A stretch of 64,000 bases of DNA from Balanoglossus misakiensis (lineage: Eukaryota > Animalia > Hemichordata), in the NCBI GenBank assembly GCA_040954595.2, contig CM082580.2, positions 4,826,783 through 4,890,782 on the forward strand, read 5' to 3'. The notes below the pieces were generated by a model. The model saw only the letters and a list, made by a program, of their open reading frames with translations, ran no database searches and was not told the DNA's origin. This document shows positions 25,986 to 39,011 of this stretch, one piece after another. Numbering within the stretch: the first letter of the stretch is position 1; every line of letters begins with the position of its first letter. The position numbers and the translations under genes were made by a program.

Positions 25986-26426
25986 TACAGTGCAGCTTAG
26001 GAATAGCTTTCCAATTTGCTAACAACTTGCTGACACGGTGTTTATAATGAGCCAACACAGTGTTAGCCTGTGTGTTCCAAGTGTTACAAAGGTGTGAATC
26101 TGTTGGCCCTGGCACTTGGCATTGTTCAGTGTTAGCATGTGCTACAAAGGTGTTAAACCTTGGCGCACCCTATTGTTTTGGCACACAGTGTTAGCCTGTG
26201 TGTTCCAAGTGTTACAAAGGTGTGAATCTGTTGGCCCTGGCACTTGGCATTGTTCAGTGTTAGCACCTTGGCGCACCCTATTGTTTTGGAACACCCCAGT
26301 TAAACACAAGCCCAATAGGTGCTAATTAGAGCGCCAATAGGGTGCCAACCCAGAGTTGACCCAGTGTTTAAACAGAGCTGACCCAGTGTTGGTGCAGTTG
26401 GAAAGCTATTCCTAAGCTGCACTGTA
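25986..26426. mobile_element. Tc1/mariner-like MITE with TA TSD and internal tandem duplication
   Basis: Perfect 27-bp TIR cagtgcagcttaggaatagctttccaa flanked by TA; an ~80-nt block is repeated at a 128-nt offset (26055 and 26183). Confidence 0.85.
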
Positions 26427-29400
26427 CATTGCAGCACAGTGAACCATAATAGTTTGTCGTTTGCATAAATCGATGGCGAATGTGACAAGGAAAAATTTGT
26501 GTTTGAATATTTCATGTTTTGGAAACCACAGTATCACTGAGTTTATTGTACATTGTTGCATTTGCCAAGGTGCACGGGCACAATAGGGTTATAATTTCCA
26601 CAGATCTTCTGTAGCTGTTCAAGTGTTATGTACATGTAGGTGGCAAGCAAACAAATCTGCTGCAGTACTACTGTAGGGGATGGGGTTCATTATGTTAAAG
26701 GAGTTGTGTTACAGTAAGTCCCAGTGTCACATGCATACTTGACCGCCATGACACTTGTAGCCCTGTCATATTGTAGAATGGTCTGTAGTGATAGAACCAT
26801 ACTATCTTAACCAGTACATGTATGTGCTAAAGAAGCGTGTGTGATGAGTACAAATGTTTACATGGTTTTTCCCCTCTAATCAGACCAATGTCTGGGTGTC
26901 AGGCACATTTAACTAAAAAATGAGTATAAATGTTACATTTGCAGGTATTTAAATCTGTATTACTATTAGACTAGGTATGTTGAAATGTTATCGCATAAAG
27001 AATTGGTGAACAAACAGGATATTTTGTCTACCACTGGTCACAGTGGCTATGACAACCTGGGGGCCAGGGGCACTCCTTTTTGATTTGATTTCTGCTAGCG
27101 ACTCGAGTAGAAAAATGAGTAGATCTCTAGTGACGCTGAAACAGTGAAAGTCTGCAGAGAAGCTTTCATAACGATGATGATGTAAATGTATCTGACTGTA
27201 CTGTCCGAGGTACAATCCCCATGTATGTGTATTTACCTCCAATAGGTTCCCATGTTATAAGCACCTGTTTGCATTTAGCCGACATTATTGGCACTCTTCC
27301 AACATTTACAATGAGGTTGACAAATCTGTTGGTCTCTTAGTAACTGCAGTTGCGCAATTGAAATACTTCCTCGGTCAGCCTCGTTATTTGACCTGTCCGA
27401 GCCAGGTCAGATAATGCTCTTCTTTGCACACGCTTCTATCACAATTTTTAAAAACTGTATGGTTGCATGTTTCATAGCTAAATACAAACCCGCAAAGTGG
27501 ACCATGTTAAGTGCAGTGCCATGGATAATAGAGCTGTTTGCAAATTCATGCAAAGTGTTTTACTTTAAGTTTGCATATATATTCGGAAAAGCACATTCTC
27601 TATAAGTATTTTGTGTCAAACAACTAAATAGTGAAACCCTGCATTGCAGTTTGGTTTGCCGTGGTCTGAAGGGCTTCAAAGACGAAGATCGGTTATTGTA
27701 AAATGCCAATATTGTGCAGCCTTCTGTACACAAGACTAATCGTGTGTTGTGTTGCGCCTTCATTTTGTCGTTTGCAAGTTTGTTAAGCACTCTAATATAA
27801 AGAGAGATTTCTTGTGTACTACATGTACATGTATATTGGACTATTGGTTGTGGTTTGCAGGCAATTTGCTGTTTATGGTAGATTTCTCGTGATTTGTTCA
27901 GTTCGTCAAAGGGAAGTGATGTCAAGCATTTAAGTTAAAAGACGTGGGTAGAAATTTGCGGTTGTGTTTTTGTGTAATTACAATTGAGAGTGGGCCAGCC
28001 ACCAAGGGTATTGTTGTGTTATGTATGGTGCTTTGGCTGCATGCAATCAATGTGGTTCAGATTTTTCTCCTCCCTGGAAGAACCAGCGTCCTTGACAATT
28101 CTCATGCAAATGTCAGGAGGGTTGGCCCATGATGTGGGTCAGTGGTGTTTTTAAAAAAAATTCTGACCATGCACTCTTTTAAGTGGCAAAATGGCGATTT
28201 TTATTAGGATGCCAGTGAATTGTCGCGGTGTAGCTTCAGGAACCATGTCGTTTTGAAGAAGTTGAAGGACATGTACACATAACATGATGAGTTTGTTGAC
28301 ATGTACATGTACGCTTTCAGTGCTAGATTTGTAAACTGTTGTTGGCTACACTTGTGGTTGTTGGTACAGTCTGTAAGAAGACAGCCCTGCCACACACAGC
28401 TATCATTCCCTGGAAAGAAGTGTTATGCAACTGACTGGATACATGTACTTCCGGATTTCACCTGATTTTGTAAAATATAAAACGATGACCTGATGTGAAA
28501 ATGAAATGCTCATATTCTCATTATGACCAAACCAGAATGCGCTCATTGTTTAAAAGATGACAAGTCAGATGTTACCGTGGCAACTGACACTCCATGTCAA
28601 TGAGAGCATAAATAAATACATGTACATGTATTTATCACCTGAATCGGACTGGAAATAAATCAAATATTCATCTTGTGTCAATGTACATTTAGTTTGTCAA
28701 GTCTTACCTTTTCAGTCAAATTTTTTCAGATTCCTTGAATCAAAACCAATTCTGAAGAACTGTTTGGCCATCAATTGGGTGAATGCGGTTTCATCATCTG
28801 CTTGATTGATTGATTGCTTGTTATGAAATGTTATCATGGAAATCTTCGGCTGCACATCAACAAGGTCTGTGCTGTCACAATTACTGGGACAATCATTCCC
28901 CAGGGCGTCTTTTTGACCTTGAAACCCCTGGAAAGATCCTTGCTGCGGTTAGCTGCCTTTTATTGAATTTTGCGCGGCCCTTTTTTTGAGCTCACGGTCC
29001 CTGGATGAGACCAGCCAAAGCTGGGAAATTGTAATTTGAGTCAGTTCTTGGGAACACTTAGCATCACTGACCTCAGAACAGAAAAAGCTTGCATCAGAAT
29101 TGTATTCAGCCTAAATTGTACACTGAGCATAACTTTCTGAAAACAGAACCCTTTGACGACCTGAATCACTTTCAGCATACGATTAGATTCTGTTTTGATT
29201 GAACCTACAACATTACATGTATGTGTGCTTTCCATGTGTATGAAAATGTGAAGAGTTACCAAATGTACATGTGCAAAAACTCCAAAGGGCAAGACAGGCA
29301 TGGAACAACATTAGACGTTGGCGATGGGAAAGTAAACAATCCCTATAAAAGATCAGTGATCTGTGAAAGAGAAAAACTTAACATGGGAACGGGCGTTATA

Positions 29401-31873
29401 TCACCACAGGCAGAATGCCAGCCGAAGGCATGCATTGCTCAGAAGTGGCTGTTACGTAAGGACTCCCCCCCCCCCCTATTCATATCTCGTTGGCTTTTGA
29501 CCAACTTGTGCTCACATGGTACCCCTGTCGTTTAACGGGCAAGCTTTCTTGGAGATGTGCCTGTCAGCCATTAAAATGAGAGATGCAGTGCTGTTATCAA
29601 CAGTTTGCATCAACATGGAGAAGATCTTCAAGATCGAGGATTGATGACCTATTTCGCTAGCTGTACGCGTTTTTACAGTAACAGCAGAGCAGAGTAAATT
29701 TAGTGCATAATGTCCCTCAAGTTCAATGACCCTGGTACACGTACAATGTACATGTATGATCCATATGTCATTTATAGCACAGTTTTCTTCCTATTCTGTA
29801 CTGCTCTCTAAATGTTCTAGATATCCTAAATACTATTTTCATGTTTATCTTCGGAAGTGTCAATTATTTTTATACGTGCGAGTGAAAAGAGATGTTTACG
29901 AAATAATGGAAATGACAGATAATCTGGACTAATGACTTGCAATTATCATTTAGCTGAATGGCTCAGTGTGGTTTCTGTTGCGAGTGGGTGGTCACATTTT
30001 ACCTACATGTTGTATTGACTGCTATTCACGTTCCGAAAATTGAACTAGGACTTGATCCGGGGTAGAAATAAATCCTCATTTGGGAGTAGATTTGGTCTGT
30101 GCCTACAGTTGTACCTGACCGGGATCAAAACAGCTTACAGTGCTGACCTCTCGCATAATTGATAGTTCACGACACGATTTGTTTCTACCGCTCATACTTT
30201 TCACATGAAGAAGGGCTATAATGTGACTGCTAGTGCTAGTGCAACACTTCATTTCAGTTAGTCAAGGCATCTTCAGCATCTCTTGCATGTAGAATAACAC
30301 CAAAGGAGAAATGACTTGTGCTTGCGTGAATTCTGACTTGCAGCATTTAATTCTGACTCTTGGAAGCTGTGTCTTCTGTAATGTTAATGATGAATTTGTG
30401 TGCTACATGTACTGCCTTGTGAAGTTATCACTGTTTAAATAATTTCCTCACTGCACAGTGGTTGTAGTGAAGGTTAATGTACACTGCCAATGTACCATTA
30501 GTAAAACTGGGTCATCCTCGTGTCTTTACGAATTGTAATGTAAGTACTGCCTGGTCACACAAGGTAGTCTGCACCTCATGGACAGATTTTCAGAACAATA
30601 ATAGTCCTCCAAACCTTTCACTTCTTTGCTATATGAAGGTTATGGTTTTGTCTTTTTGAAGACAAGAAAATATCACCTTTTTTCACTTCTATAGTTTGCC
30701 CAGAGTTATCACACAGAGATTGGCGGCCATTTTGAATTTTAAATCTGAATGGTGACCCCGATTTTTATTCACGGTTTTGAGGGAGAATAATCTAAAATTG
30801 CCTTGAGAAAAATATCAAAAAGTGGAGATTTTGTTGGTTACTACCTCAGTACTGTGAGTGTTGCAGAAATAAAACCCTTTATAATATAACACCATATTTG
30901 CACTGCAACAGATGTTTGACATCTTTGTTTTATGGAAAAACATGCCACCTCAAAATATCAGACATTATATTAATTATAATATTATGTGTATACATGTTTG
31001 ACTACTAGCAAAACAACTTGTCAATTTGAGGTTTTTTGCACTGTTGTGTGATTAGTGCAAAGATGTTTGGATCCAAACAATTACAAATGTGGAACTTGAT
31101 CTTTGAGTGCAAATTCATGCTTCAGCACATTTTAAAAAAGTACTCCTCTCAGCAAGAAGCCTTTCCTATACATTTTAGCAATAAAGTAGGTCATTTCATT
31201 ATTGCAGAATTCCATGCTATTTTTTAACTGTACCCACAGCTGGGTACATGTACTTCAGGTAAATTCAAACAAATTTATTCAATAACCAGATACATGTTAT
31301 TTTGTAGGTGCATTGTTAGTACAGCATGCATTTGATACTTTGCCACCAGTGGGCAATTTCTCAAGCAACTTCATTCATTCATTACCTTCAGAAGAATATA
31401 CATGTAAATTGTAGTTGATTAAAGGATCAACTTTTAGAATAAATGAATGTGTAAACTTCAGACTACTGTAAATTCTCTCATTTCAAGCTGTGACTGCGAG
31501 AAAATTAAGAGTTGGCTTTGGACCAGGGCATGACACATAGATGGACGACCAGCTGCACATGTAGGGTGTCCATATGCAAATTTGGGACAGACTTTTACTT
31601 AAGAGTCACCCTGAGTATATGAGGTGCAGGTCATCTGTGATTTATTGCTTGCTCAAAAAAAAACCCCAATCTATCAAGGGCAAGGACTTTTACAATGTCA
31701 TAAAAGGTTGAATGAGGTAATAAAAACCCTTCAAATTTGTCCGGTTACCGATATCCGTTTTGTCACTCTCTCGTACCCTAGCCCATTTTATACAGAGCCT
31801 GCCACCTGAAAATTCTGGTTTCAATTGAAAATCACGGCTTCATTAAAGTTATACTTTTCTGTTTAATTTTCAG

Positions 31874-31983
31874 GAACCGGGTGAAAGGTATTCTCATAAA
31901 AAACTTGCCACTCAGCGCAACAGAAACAGACGCAGAAAGGCTACTCTCCACGTTTGGCGGCCGGGTTGTCAGATGTGAAGTAG
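31874..31983 (+). CDS. IGF2BP: IGF2BP exon 3 (RRM2 start: NRVKGILIKNLPLSATETDAERLLSTFGGRVVRCEV)
   Basis: ttttcag|G ... G|gtaagg; phase 2/1; cf. vertebrate IQIRNIP...LLAQYGTVENCEQV. Confidence 0.85.
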
Positions 31984-32314
31984 GTAAGGGTCATTTGTAG
32001 CACCTCTAGAGGGCGCTCTTTCCAATCCGTGATTTGCTACCTGGCATCTCCTAAAATGCTAACTCCAAGGTCAGTTAAGGACTTTGCATTACAATCGGGA
32101 CACTTTGCATATGTATCATGATTTGTAGCCTTCCCGAACTGAAAAAACCCCGAATATTTCATGTCTGTGACATGTTAGTATTTCACTGCTATGCTTGTGT
32201 TTTCGCTAAAAGCCTGCAACCGGCAAAAAAAAAGTAATGCAAAAAATATGACACAAATTTTCAGATGTTGAACATTCAATATTTTAATTTCTGGTGCCTT
32301 TTTCTTATCTGCAG

Positions 32315-32427
32315 TATCAACAGCATCAGCTGGAAAAGTTGTAAAAGCCAGCTTCGACAACCCTGACCACGCACAAGAAGCAGTGAACAAACTCCATGGA
32401 AACAGTTACCAAGGAGTCGATCTCCAA
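32315..32427 (+). CDS. IGF2BP: IGF2BP exon 4 (RRM2: ...HAQEAVNKLHGNSYQGVDLQ)
   Basis: ctgcag|TA ... CAA|gtgagt; phase 1/0. Confidence 0.85.
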
Positions 32428-32552
32428 GTGAGTACTCGGTGGCATTTCTGTAAACATTCGCATGAAAGCTATTTTTGCTCAAGGTTCTCTGATGATATTG
32501 TACACAGTAGCTGTGTAGAGAGGTTGGGGCACTTGATGTGTTGTCTTAACAC

Positions 32553-32567
32553 AGAGAGAGAGAGAGA

Positions 32568-32626
<59 letters not shown>
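32553..32626. repeat. (AG)n-(CA)n compound microsatellite
   Basis: Direct inspection. Confidence 0.95.
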
Positions 32627-32631
<5 letters not shown>

Positions 32632-33066
32632 CAGACATAGACAGACACACACACAAACTAACAAATAAACCAAAGGTCAAGTTCTTTATAAAGGAATAGC
32701 AAACTAGTAATGACTAAAAATTGAGTCATTTTGGGTTATTGTTTCGAACAAAGTACAAAGAATCTTTGTTTGTAGAAATCAGTAAATATAGCAGAACTTT
32801 GCTGAACGTGGCTCATTTATTTATAACATTATAGGAAGTCTGCAAAGTATCGCCATTATCAACCTGATAAAAAAACAGATGTAGAGTGCGTGTTGACGTC
32901 TTTTACTTATGTGGTATGGTACTTGGACAGTGTGAAGCAACAGCATACGAAAGTACCATGTTACGACGTACGTGAAAGATGTCACAGTGCTGTACATCCA
33001 ATTTAAATCAGATTGCGCCAGTATAATATGTACAATACTCAAACTTGTGTACCTATTCATTGTCAG

Positions 33067-33215
33067 GTTACATTTGACAATAAAGACAGCAGGGAAGGTG
33101 GCTCAAGTGGTGGAATGCGATATGGACCTCATGACCGCAATAAAATGAATCCACGTTCTGATCCAGGCTCAGGGACCCGCCTTTACTTGTATCCTACCGT
33201 TGACCTTCCTGTGAG
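33067..33215 (+). CDS. IGF2BP: IGF2BP exon 5 (RRM2-KH1 linker, ...VDLPVR)
   Basis: tgtcag|GTT ... AG|gtgaga; phase 0/2; cf. vertebrate DIPLRLLVP. Confidence 0.85.
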
Positions 33216-34027
33216 GTGAGAGAGATATTACATGAGTGATACATTGAAAGACCATTCTTTGCTTGTATACTCTCGGTATATGAAAAAGTTGTTTTTCATA
33301 GTAAGTTGCATGCATGCCAAAACAAATTGCAACCTGTTGCCTGTGTTGTTGTAAAAGTTACATCATTGCTTTTCAGTGCAGAGCTTGCCTTCAATTGATG
33401 CCGTTCTCACTCTAGTACATGTGCAATTGTAGTCGTCACGTTCTGGGTGACCTTCTGAGGTCAAACAGCTTTAGCTATCAGAAAGAAGGAAGTGGTCTCT
33501 GTGTACGGATGTGGCACAGGTCAAGTACTGGGAACCCTAACGCTTAGAAACTAAATTATCAATTGCAACGTACTGACTGTACATGTCGCTTGTGTTGAAA
33601 TATAATCCCTGTACTATTGATTACAATATTGTGCACAAACACGAGCTTGTCCCAGGCTGTGTCCACTAAAGGAGGATTCAGCCATCTTTACATTTTCCTC
33701 CCAGGATGTGATTAAATTTCAACTCAGTCTCTCATCTACCTGTTTAAAGGTCGTACAGGTCATCAAAATGTTAACAATATACATGTACTAGACGTACTGA
33801 CCCAATTTATACCCAGTGTTTAAAAACACATTTTCAACTCATTCACCAGATATGTAGATAAAACACAATTACTTGCGAGCTATTTTCACAAATATGAAGG
33901 TGATATTTTGGAGTGTGTAAAAAAATACAAGACTCGCGCCTGATATGTACTGTGTGTGTTCCAATTGCTGATCAACTGAATGACAAAATATGCAAATTAA
34001 CAAATGTTTGTTGTTGTTTATTTACAG

Positions 34028-34114
34028 ACTCATGGTGCCCAGTGGAATGGTTGGTGCTATCATTGGCAAAAAAGGAGCCAACATCCGTCAAATTACACAA
34101 CAAACAAAAGCCAG
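34028..34114 (+). CDS. IGF2BP: IGF2BP exon 6 (KH1: LMVPSGMVGAIIGKKGANIRQITQQTKAR)
   Basis: ttacag|A ... AG|gtatgt; KH GxxG motif. Confidence 0.93.
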
Positions 34115-34301
34115 GTATGTCATGCAGTGATTTGAAAGTAATCAAAAAACAAAATAACAAGATTAAAACTGACAAAACTTCATTGGTAAAAAAATTAAAT
34201 GATCATTAAGTTTTTATTTTCATAGTCAGAAATAATGTATTCTTTATCGTAAATTGATGTGCTTATTTTTTACGTTTGACGTGTTTCTGTTTTATGTCTA
34301 G

Positions 34302-34347
34302 GGTTGACATAATAAGATCCAGGGAAAATGCCTCTGCAGTAGAAAAG
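34302..34347 (+). CDS. IGF2BP: IGF2BP exon 7 (VDIIRSRENASAVEK)
   Basis: gtctag|G ... AAG|gtaatt; cf. vertebrate IDVHRKENAGAAEK. Confidence 0.88.
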
Positions 34348-34626
34348 GTAATTCATTTCCCTTGTAACTCTCCTGACCTCTGTCATCAGTGATACCCATC
34401 AGAGTCTCTCAATTTTCAGGACATGTATTAGAATGGCTTTGTTTCTGACATGTATGTCTTCTGGAACCTGAATTACAGTGAAAGACTACATTTTAAGTTT
34501 ATTGTAATACACTTAAATGTTTTTCTTATTTGATTGAGATGTGTGGAAGAAATAGCATGATTGTAGATCTCTTGGACAGAAAATCTCTCGGCAAACCTGA
34601 ACCACTTTGCTTTTTTTTTCACCCAG

Positions 34627-34727
34627 GTTATCATAGTTTACGGCACACCACTGCAGTGTTCGAATACTGTCCGAAAGATCATTGACACCATGAGGAAAGA
34701 AAGCGCCAACTCTTTAGAACCAGCAAG
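34627..34727 (+). CDS. IGF2BP: IGF2BP exon 8 (VIIVYGTPLQCSNTVRKIIDTMRKESANSLEPA)
   Basis: acccag|GTT ... AG|gtaatg; cf. [20 protein letters not shown]. Confidence 0.88.
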
Positions 34728-35098
34728 GTAATGTATAGTGTATTCACCAAGATAGTAGTGTAGTGACATGGGACGGAATTGTGAGCAACACTTAGAAATG
34801 TTGTTTACTGAACAATTGCAGTGTAAAGGGTGGTAATGTGAAGCTGTTCCACATCACATACTCATTTCAAGCAAGTTTTTAAGAGTGTACACAAATATTT
34901 TACCTGGAACACTTTATTTTTCATCAAGGGCAGATTTCATACATGTACTTTGATGCACGTTTTCATCCTCAGCCACAGTAAATTTTCACTGGTACGTTTT
35001 ATTCTGTGTTGAATATGATTGCTTAGTCACTAAACGGATTCTGTGGTTAGATGTATGGACTGTATATCTCATAATGAAAGTTTCAAATGTTTTTTTAA

Positions 35099-35245
<147 letters not shown>

Positions 35246-35521
35246 TAAGTGAAATTGTTGCTTGTAAAAGGTTCATGTTGTGAATGCATGGATATAGAAG
35301 GAAATATAAATGTCTACACTCCATGCTCCTGTTAACATTGATCTGAAGTTCTCTACCAGTCATGAAAGTAAACTGTGTAGCCTACTACACAGTTAAAAGC
35401 GATTGTTCAACCATATAGCAGCCAGATGGTTTATATCTGTCTGAACAGCTGCAACATTCTTAATTTCACATGGATGATTATGGGAAGGGTCAATAACTGA
35501 ATTGCTGTGTTCAATCCTCAG

Positions 35522-35657
35522 TTTGCAGGAACTTACCATTCTGAACATGGAACGAACGATCAGCATCAAGGGGACATTGGAAGATTCTTGTAAAGCAGAA
35601 GAAATGGTCAGTGAAAAACTCCGAGACAGTTTCAGGGCTGACATGAACAGCTTTACA
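35522..35657 (+). CDS. IGF2BP: IGF2BP exon 10 (LQELTILNMERTISIKGTLEDSCKAEEMVSEKLRDSFRADMNSFT)
   Basis: cctcag|T ... ACA|gtaagt; cf. LQDLTLYNPERTITVKG. Confidence 0.93.
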
Positions 35658-35770
35658 GTAAGTAATGTGAAATCAGTGCACTCGTACAATACACCTGTAG
35701 TAAGCAAGCAGTGCTATTCTTGCGCATCGTTTTGTGGTGCATACTTGAGCATTGCCCACTTGATATGAAA

Positions 35771-35995
35771 ATAACCCTTCGAATGCTACATTTTTCGCTG
35801 TCAAAATGTGGTGCAACATTTTCATCATTCTCACACGTTTTTCCCTAATTTTTCCCTTCATTCTAGACCAAGTGGAGATTATTTTCCATTGTCTGCGGGA
35901 CTTGATCAAAATTTTAGGGAAAAAAAATTGGTAAAAGGTATGAGGTGAAATTTGTGAAAACTGACGACTGTCGACTTTGGCGCTGAAAGGGTCAA
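35771..35995. mobile_element. Degenerate piggyBac-like MITE
   Basis: ataacccttcgaatgc ... gcgctgaaagggtcaa: decayed TTAA-CCCTT termini. Confidence 0.4.
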
Positions 35996-36841
35996 GGATG
36001 TGCACGCACTTATGAGCACATGGAATTTGCGACTTCCCAGGGGATCACGTTGAGAATCGCCAGAAAACCCACTTTTGCTGTCATTTTCATGAAATTTTCC
36101 ACATGGCTTTGTTAATAAAACAACTTAAGTGCTTAAATACAAAATCATGGCTACCGCCCTTAATTTGGGGATAAAAGTTTACCAACTGCCTTTGCCCATA
36201 GAAAAAAAACACTGAAGGGAAAAATGCTGACGCTGCAGTTTTAACCACTGGGTATATTGACAACCTTGTATTTCACACACAAGTGCCGTGACCCTTAAAT
36301 TTATTACAGATTTTGATGACAGTGACAGAGGAGAGTCGAAATTCAGCAATAGTTTCAATTTTACTGATTGTACATCTTTATTAGGAACATCAACATCAGC
36401 CCAAAAAATATACAGCATAAAATTAGGCAGACAGTTGCGGTTGCACCTTTGAAAAGTTTATTGCATCAGTATTTTGGAAGATGTCTGTAGTCTTGTGATA
36501 GTCCTTGACAAAGATACCTTTCACGGTGTCGAATGAAGTAAATTCCTTCGGGTTTGGCTGGAATACCACTGCACAATTTTCCCAGGCTACTGGATTCCCG
36601 GTACACATGCAGAGGTCAAAAGGTCACCACTGCTCAGACGTTCGGGCCCACTAATTCACACTATAAGGAGCAGTTTTACTATCATGGGGGTTGTAAAATA
36701 CTCCTTGTACTAAGTTTTACCAACTTTTGAACTGTCTTCTTTCTCCAGCGCGTTGAATTCATTACAAAAACATTTCAAGTGCCAAATGCTCATGTAACCA
36801 CAGATGATGTAACCAACCTATTCTGTTGCCACAAAATGGAC

Positions 36842-37049
36842 TACTGTAAAACACTTTATTTTCGCGAGTTAAATTTTTCGCGATATCAAGAGAGGCCACT
36901 GTTTCGCGAGTATTAATTTTCGCGTTCTCTTATTTCATTCACTGCATCGTTATCTTCAAAAACAATTTACGTGACTTTTTATTTTCACGCTATTTTGGTT
37001 CTCGCGTATTTGGGGAAAATTGCTCGCGAAAATAAAGTGTTTTACAGTA
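36842..37049. mobile_element. TA-CTGTAAAAC MITE family, copy 1
   Basis: Perfect 27-nt IR including TA: tactgtaaaacactttattttcgcgag; interior homologous to copies at 52842, 53386, 57649. Confidence 0.88.
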
Positions 37050-37741
37050 TCTTTATGAAAAGTTGACATTTTCAGTGCAGCTTTCATTCTATCATTTTAA
37101 CCTACATCAATGTACCTACTTGCACTAGAGTCCAGATTACAATTTCTAGCTAGAGCATAAAGGTACATCATTTTCCATTGGTTAGTATAGTTCAGAGGGA
37201 AAGTGATATTGCCTTTACACAGGGGTAGCAGCTTGTAGAGAACAAAAATCAATTGTCCTTATATCTGTGATAACCATGCCAGTGTTCTTGCAATGACGTA
37301 AAGCTGTGAACCCGTTTGCTTAATATTCTTGGAAAGAAATGATTCATTGCCAAAAAAGTAGGTTTGCCAAGTTGGTGGCAAACGCATAACTACTGCATGG
37401 CATGTTTCCGAAGTACATGCTGATATAAATCAAATAAAAAGTCACCCAGAAAAATAAATCGATCTGCCATTGAGAATTGTTAATAAAAATGAGATATACC
37501 CCAAACCTTTGATCTTTCTGGATGGTTTATATCCTCATTGCTTGAGGGTCCATGGAAAATGGCAATAATTTTCAAAAGTAAAATATGCCATTTCTGTCGA
37601 ATTTTTTTCATTTGAGACAAAACAAGTCAGCCTGTTTGAGAAACTCGTGATTCAATACCAAATGATTAATCAACTAAATTCTGTCATGTTATAGATTCAT
37701 GTACAGTAAACGTCCAGCCTAATGTTTCAAGGTTTCTCAAA

Positions 37742-38482
37742 TTAAGGTGGCATTGCATGAAAAGTTGTGATTTTTGCCAAATTTTACTTTTTTACATAAA
37801 TCGGTAGGCCTAATACTGACCCACAACCTGACTAATACGTCTTGGCGGAAATGGTGCATAATCACCCCAAAATAGCACTTTTCTGAATGAGTTCACAGCT
37901 TAACAAATAGGTGTCAACAATGCAAATAGCCGTTTTTCTCAGTTTGCATTTTCGCTGCTCTTGACAACTTCGGACTAAAATAGCTTCGCCCTGCGTTAGC
38001 CGAATTTGCTCAAATTTTGACAGGGCATTGTGTATGACCCATCCAACAAAACGGTATTTTTGTTTGTCGATAAAGTGTCCCTGGTGGGAATAAACTCTGA
38101 TTCAATACAACTCACCGTGAATTTGATCAAATTTTCTGAAAATCTAACTTTTAAACGCTGTTACTCCTCAATGGAAGCAGATAACGCAAAACAAAATAAG
38201 CGTTTTTTTGCACGTGTACTCTAGTTTTGAATGACATATTAAGATGCATGATGCATGGTCAACTTTTTTACCTATTTTAAATTTCATGACATAATATCAA
38301 AAAATGGGTTTTTTCACCCAAAATCGCCACCATTTCCGGGGATCAATAATATTTGCAACTCAAACAAAAGTTCAAAATCTCAGCTTCCAGAATATATATG
38401 GTTTATGGGGGTTTTAACTTTTTCTTTGATGAGAAATAGGCCTCTGAAAAAGTCTCGACGGTTTCATGCAGTGCCACCTTAA
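37742..38482. mobile_element. Non-autonomous TTAA-TSD DNA transposon (Kolobok-like)
   Basis: ttaa-ggtggcattgcatgaaa ... tttcatgcagtgccacc-ttaa; 17-bp TIR with one mismatch, purine-purine start; no credible ORF. Confidence 0.78.
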
Positions 38483-38655
38483 CATACCGAAGTTTGAAAT
38501 ATATGGATTTTGTAGGGTGCTGTACTTTTTATATAACATGACTATTATGTTATATTACTGATGTTGGATGGTGAAATATCAATTTCTGGATAACAAAATT
38601 CATTCATGATTTACAGGATTTTTAATGTCTCTCTGCAATTTTTGTTATTTTGCAG

Positions 38656-38745
38656 CAACAGTATAATTTATTCCCAGGACTAAACCATGCCTCAGTCTTC
38701 TCCTGTCTGGGAAGCTCCCCCGGATCCATTTTCAATGTTGCCATG
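38656..38745 (+). CDS. IGF2BP: IGF2BP exon 11 (QQYNLFPGLNHASVF...)
   Basis: ttgcag|CAA ... ATG|gtaagt; cf. vertebrate LQSHLIPGLNL. Confidence 0.88.
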
Positions 38746-38841
38746 GTAAGTATCGAAGTCTCGCTGTCAGAGGGAGGCATGTACGCTTTGCCTCACACAC
38801 TAGTCTTTCATTGAAAAGCACAGACTGAGCATGGTTGTGGT

Positions 38842-39011
38842 TAGACTCTCTCACAGCCCACGGTTCGCTACAAGCTCTTCACTGACACGCCCTCAACCGT
38901 TTAGCAAAGGACAAGCCCCAAATAGTGTTGTGTGGCGAACCTCTCGCCGGGCACACATGCAATCAGACCATAAGCCTGCATGGATGGCGAGAGGGGCTGT
39001 GAGAGAGTCTA
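38842..39011. mobile_element. 170-bp MITE, TAG...CTA termini, 9-bp TSD (GGTTGTGGT)
   Basis: 18-bp TIR tagactctctcacagccc; TSD at 38833-38841 and 39012-39020. Confidence 0.87.

Noticed and set aside
26055-26290. Repeat-spacer-like pattern suggestive of a CRISPR array
   Set aside because: Two-unit tandem duplication inside a MITE in eukaryotic DNA; no spacers or cas genes.
30680-30830. Fragment resembling an abundant repeat recalled from hemichordate genomes
   Set aside because: Recall only; termini absent and not verifiable without a repeat library, so it is not used to name the species.
30828-30850. Minus-strand TGAGGTAGTA resembling a let-7 gene
   Set aside because: Only the first 10 nt match mature let-7, and no precursor hairpin is evident.
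32383-32673. THTHTH / VCVCVC ORFs
   Set aside because: Translations of a microsatellite.
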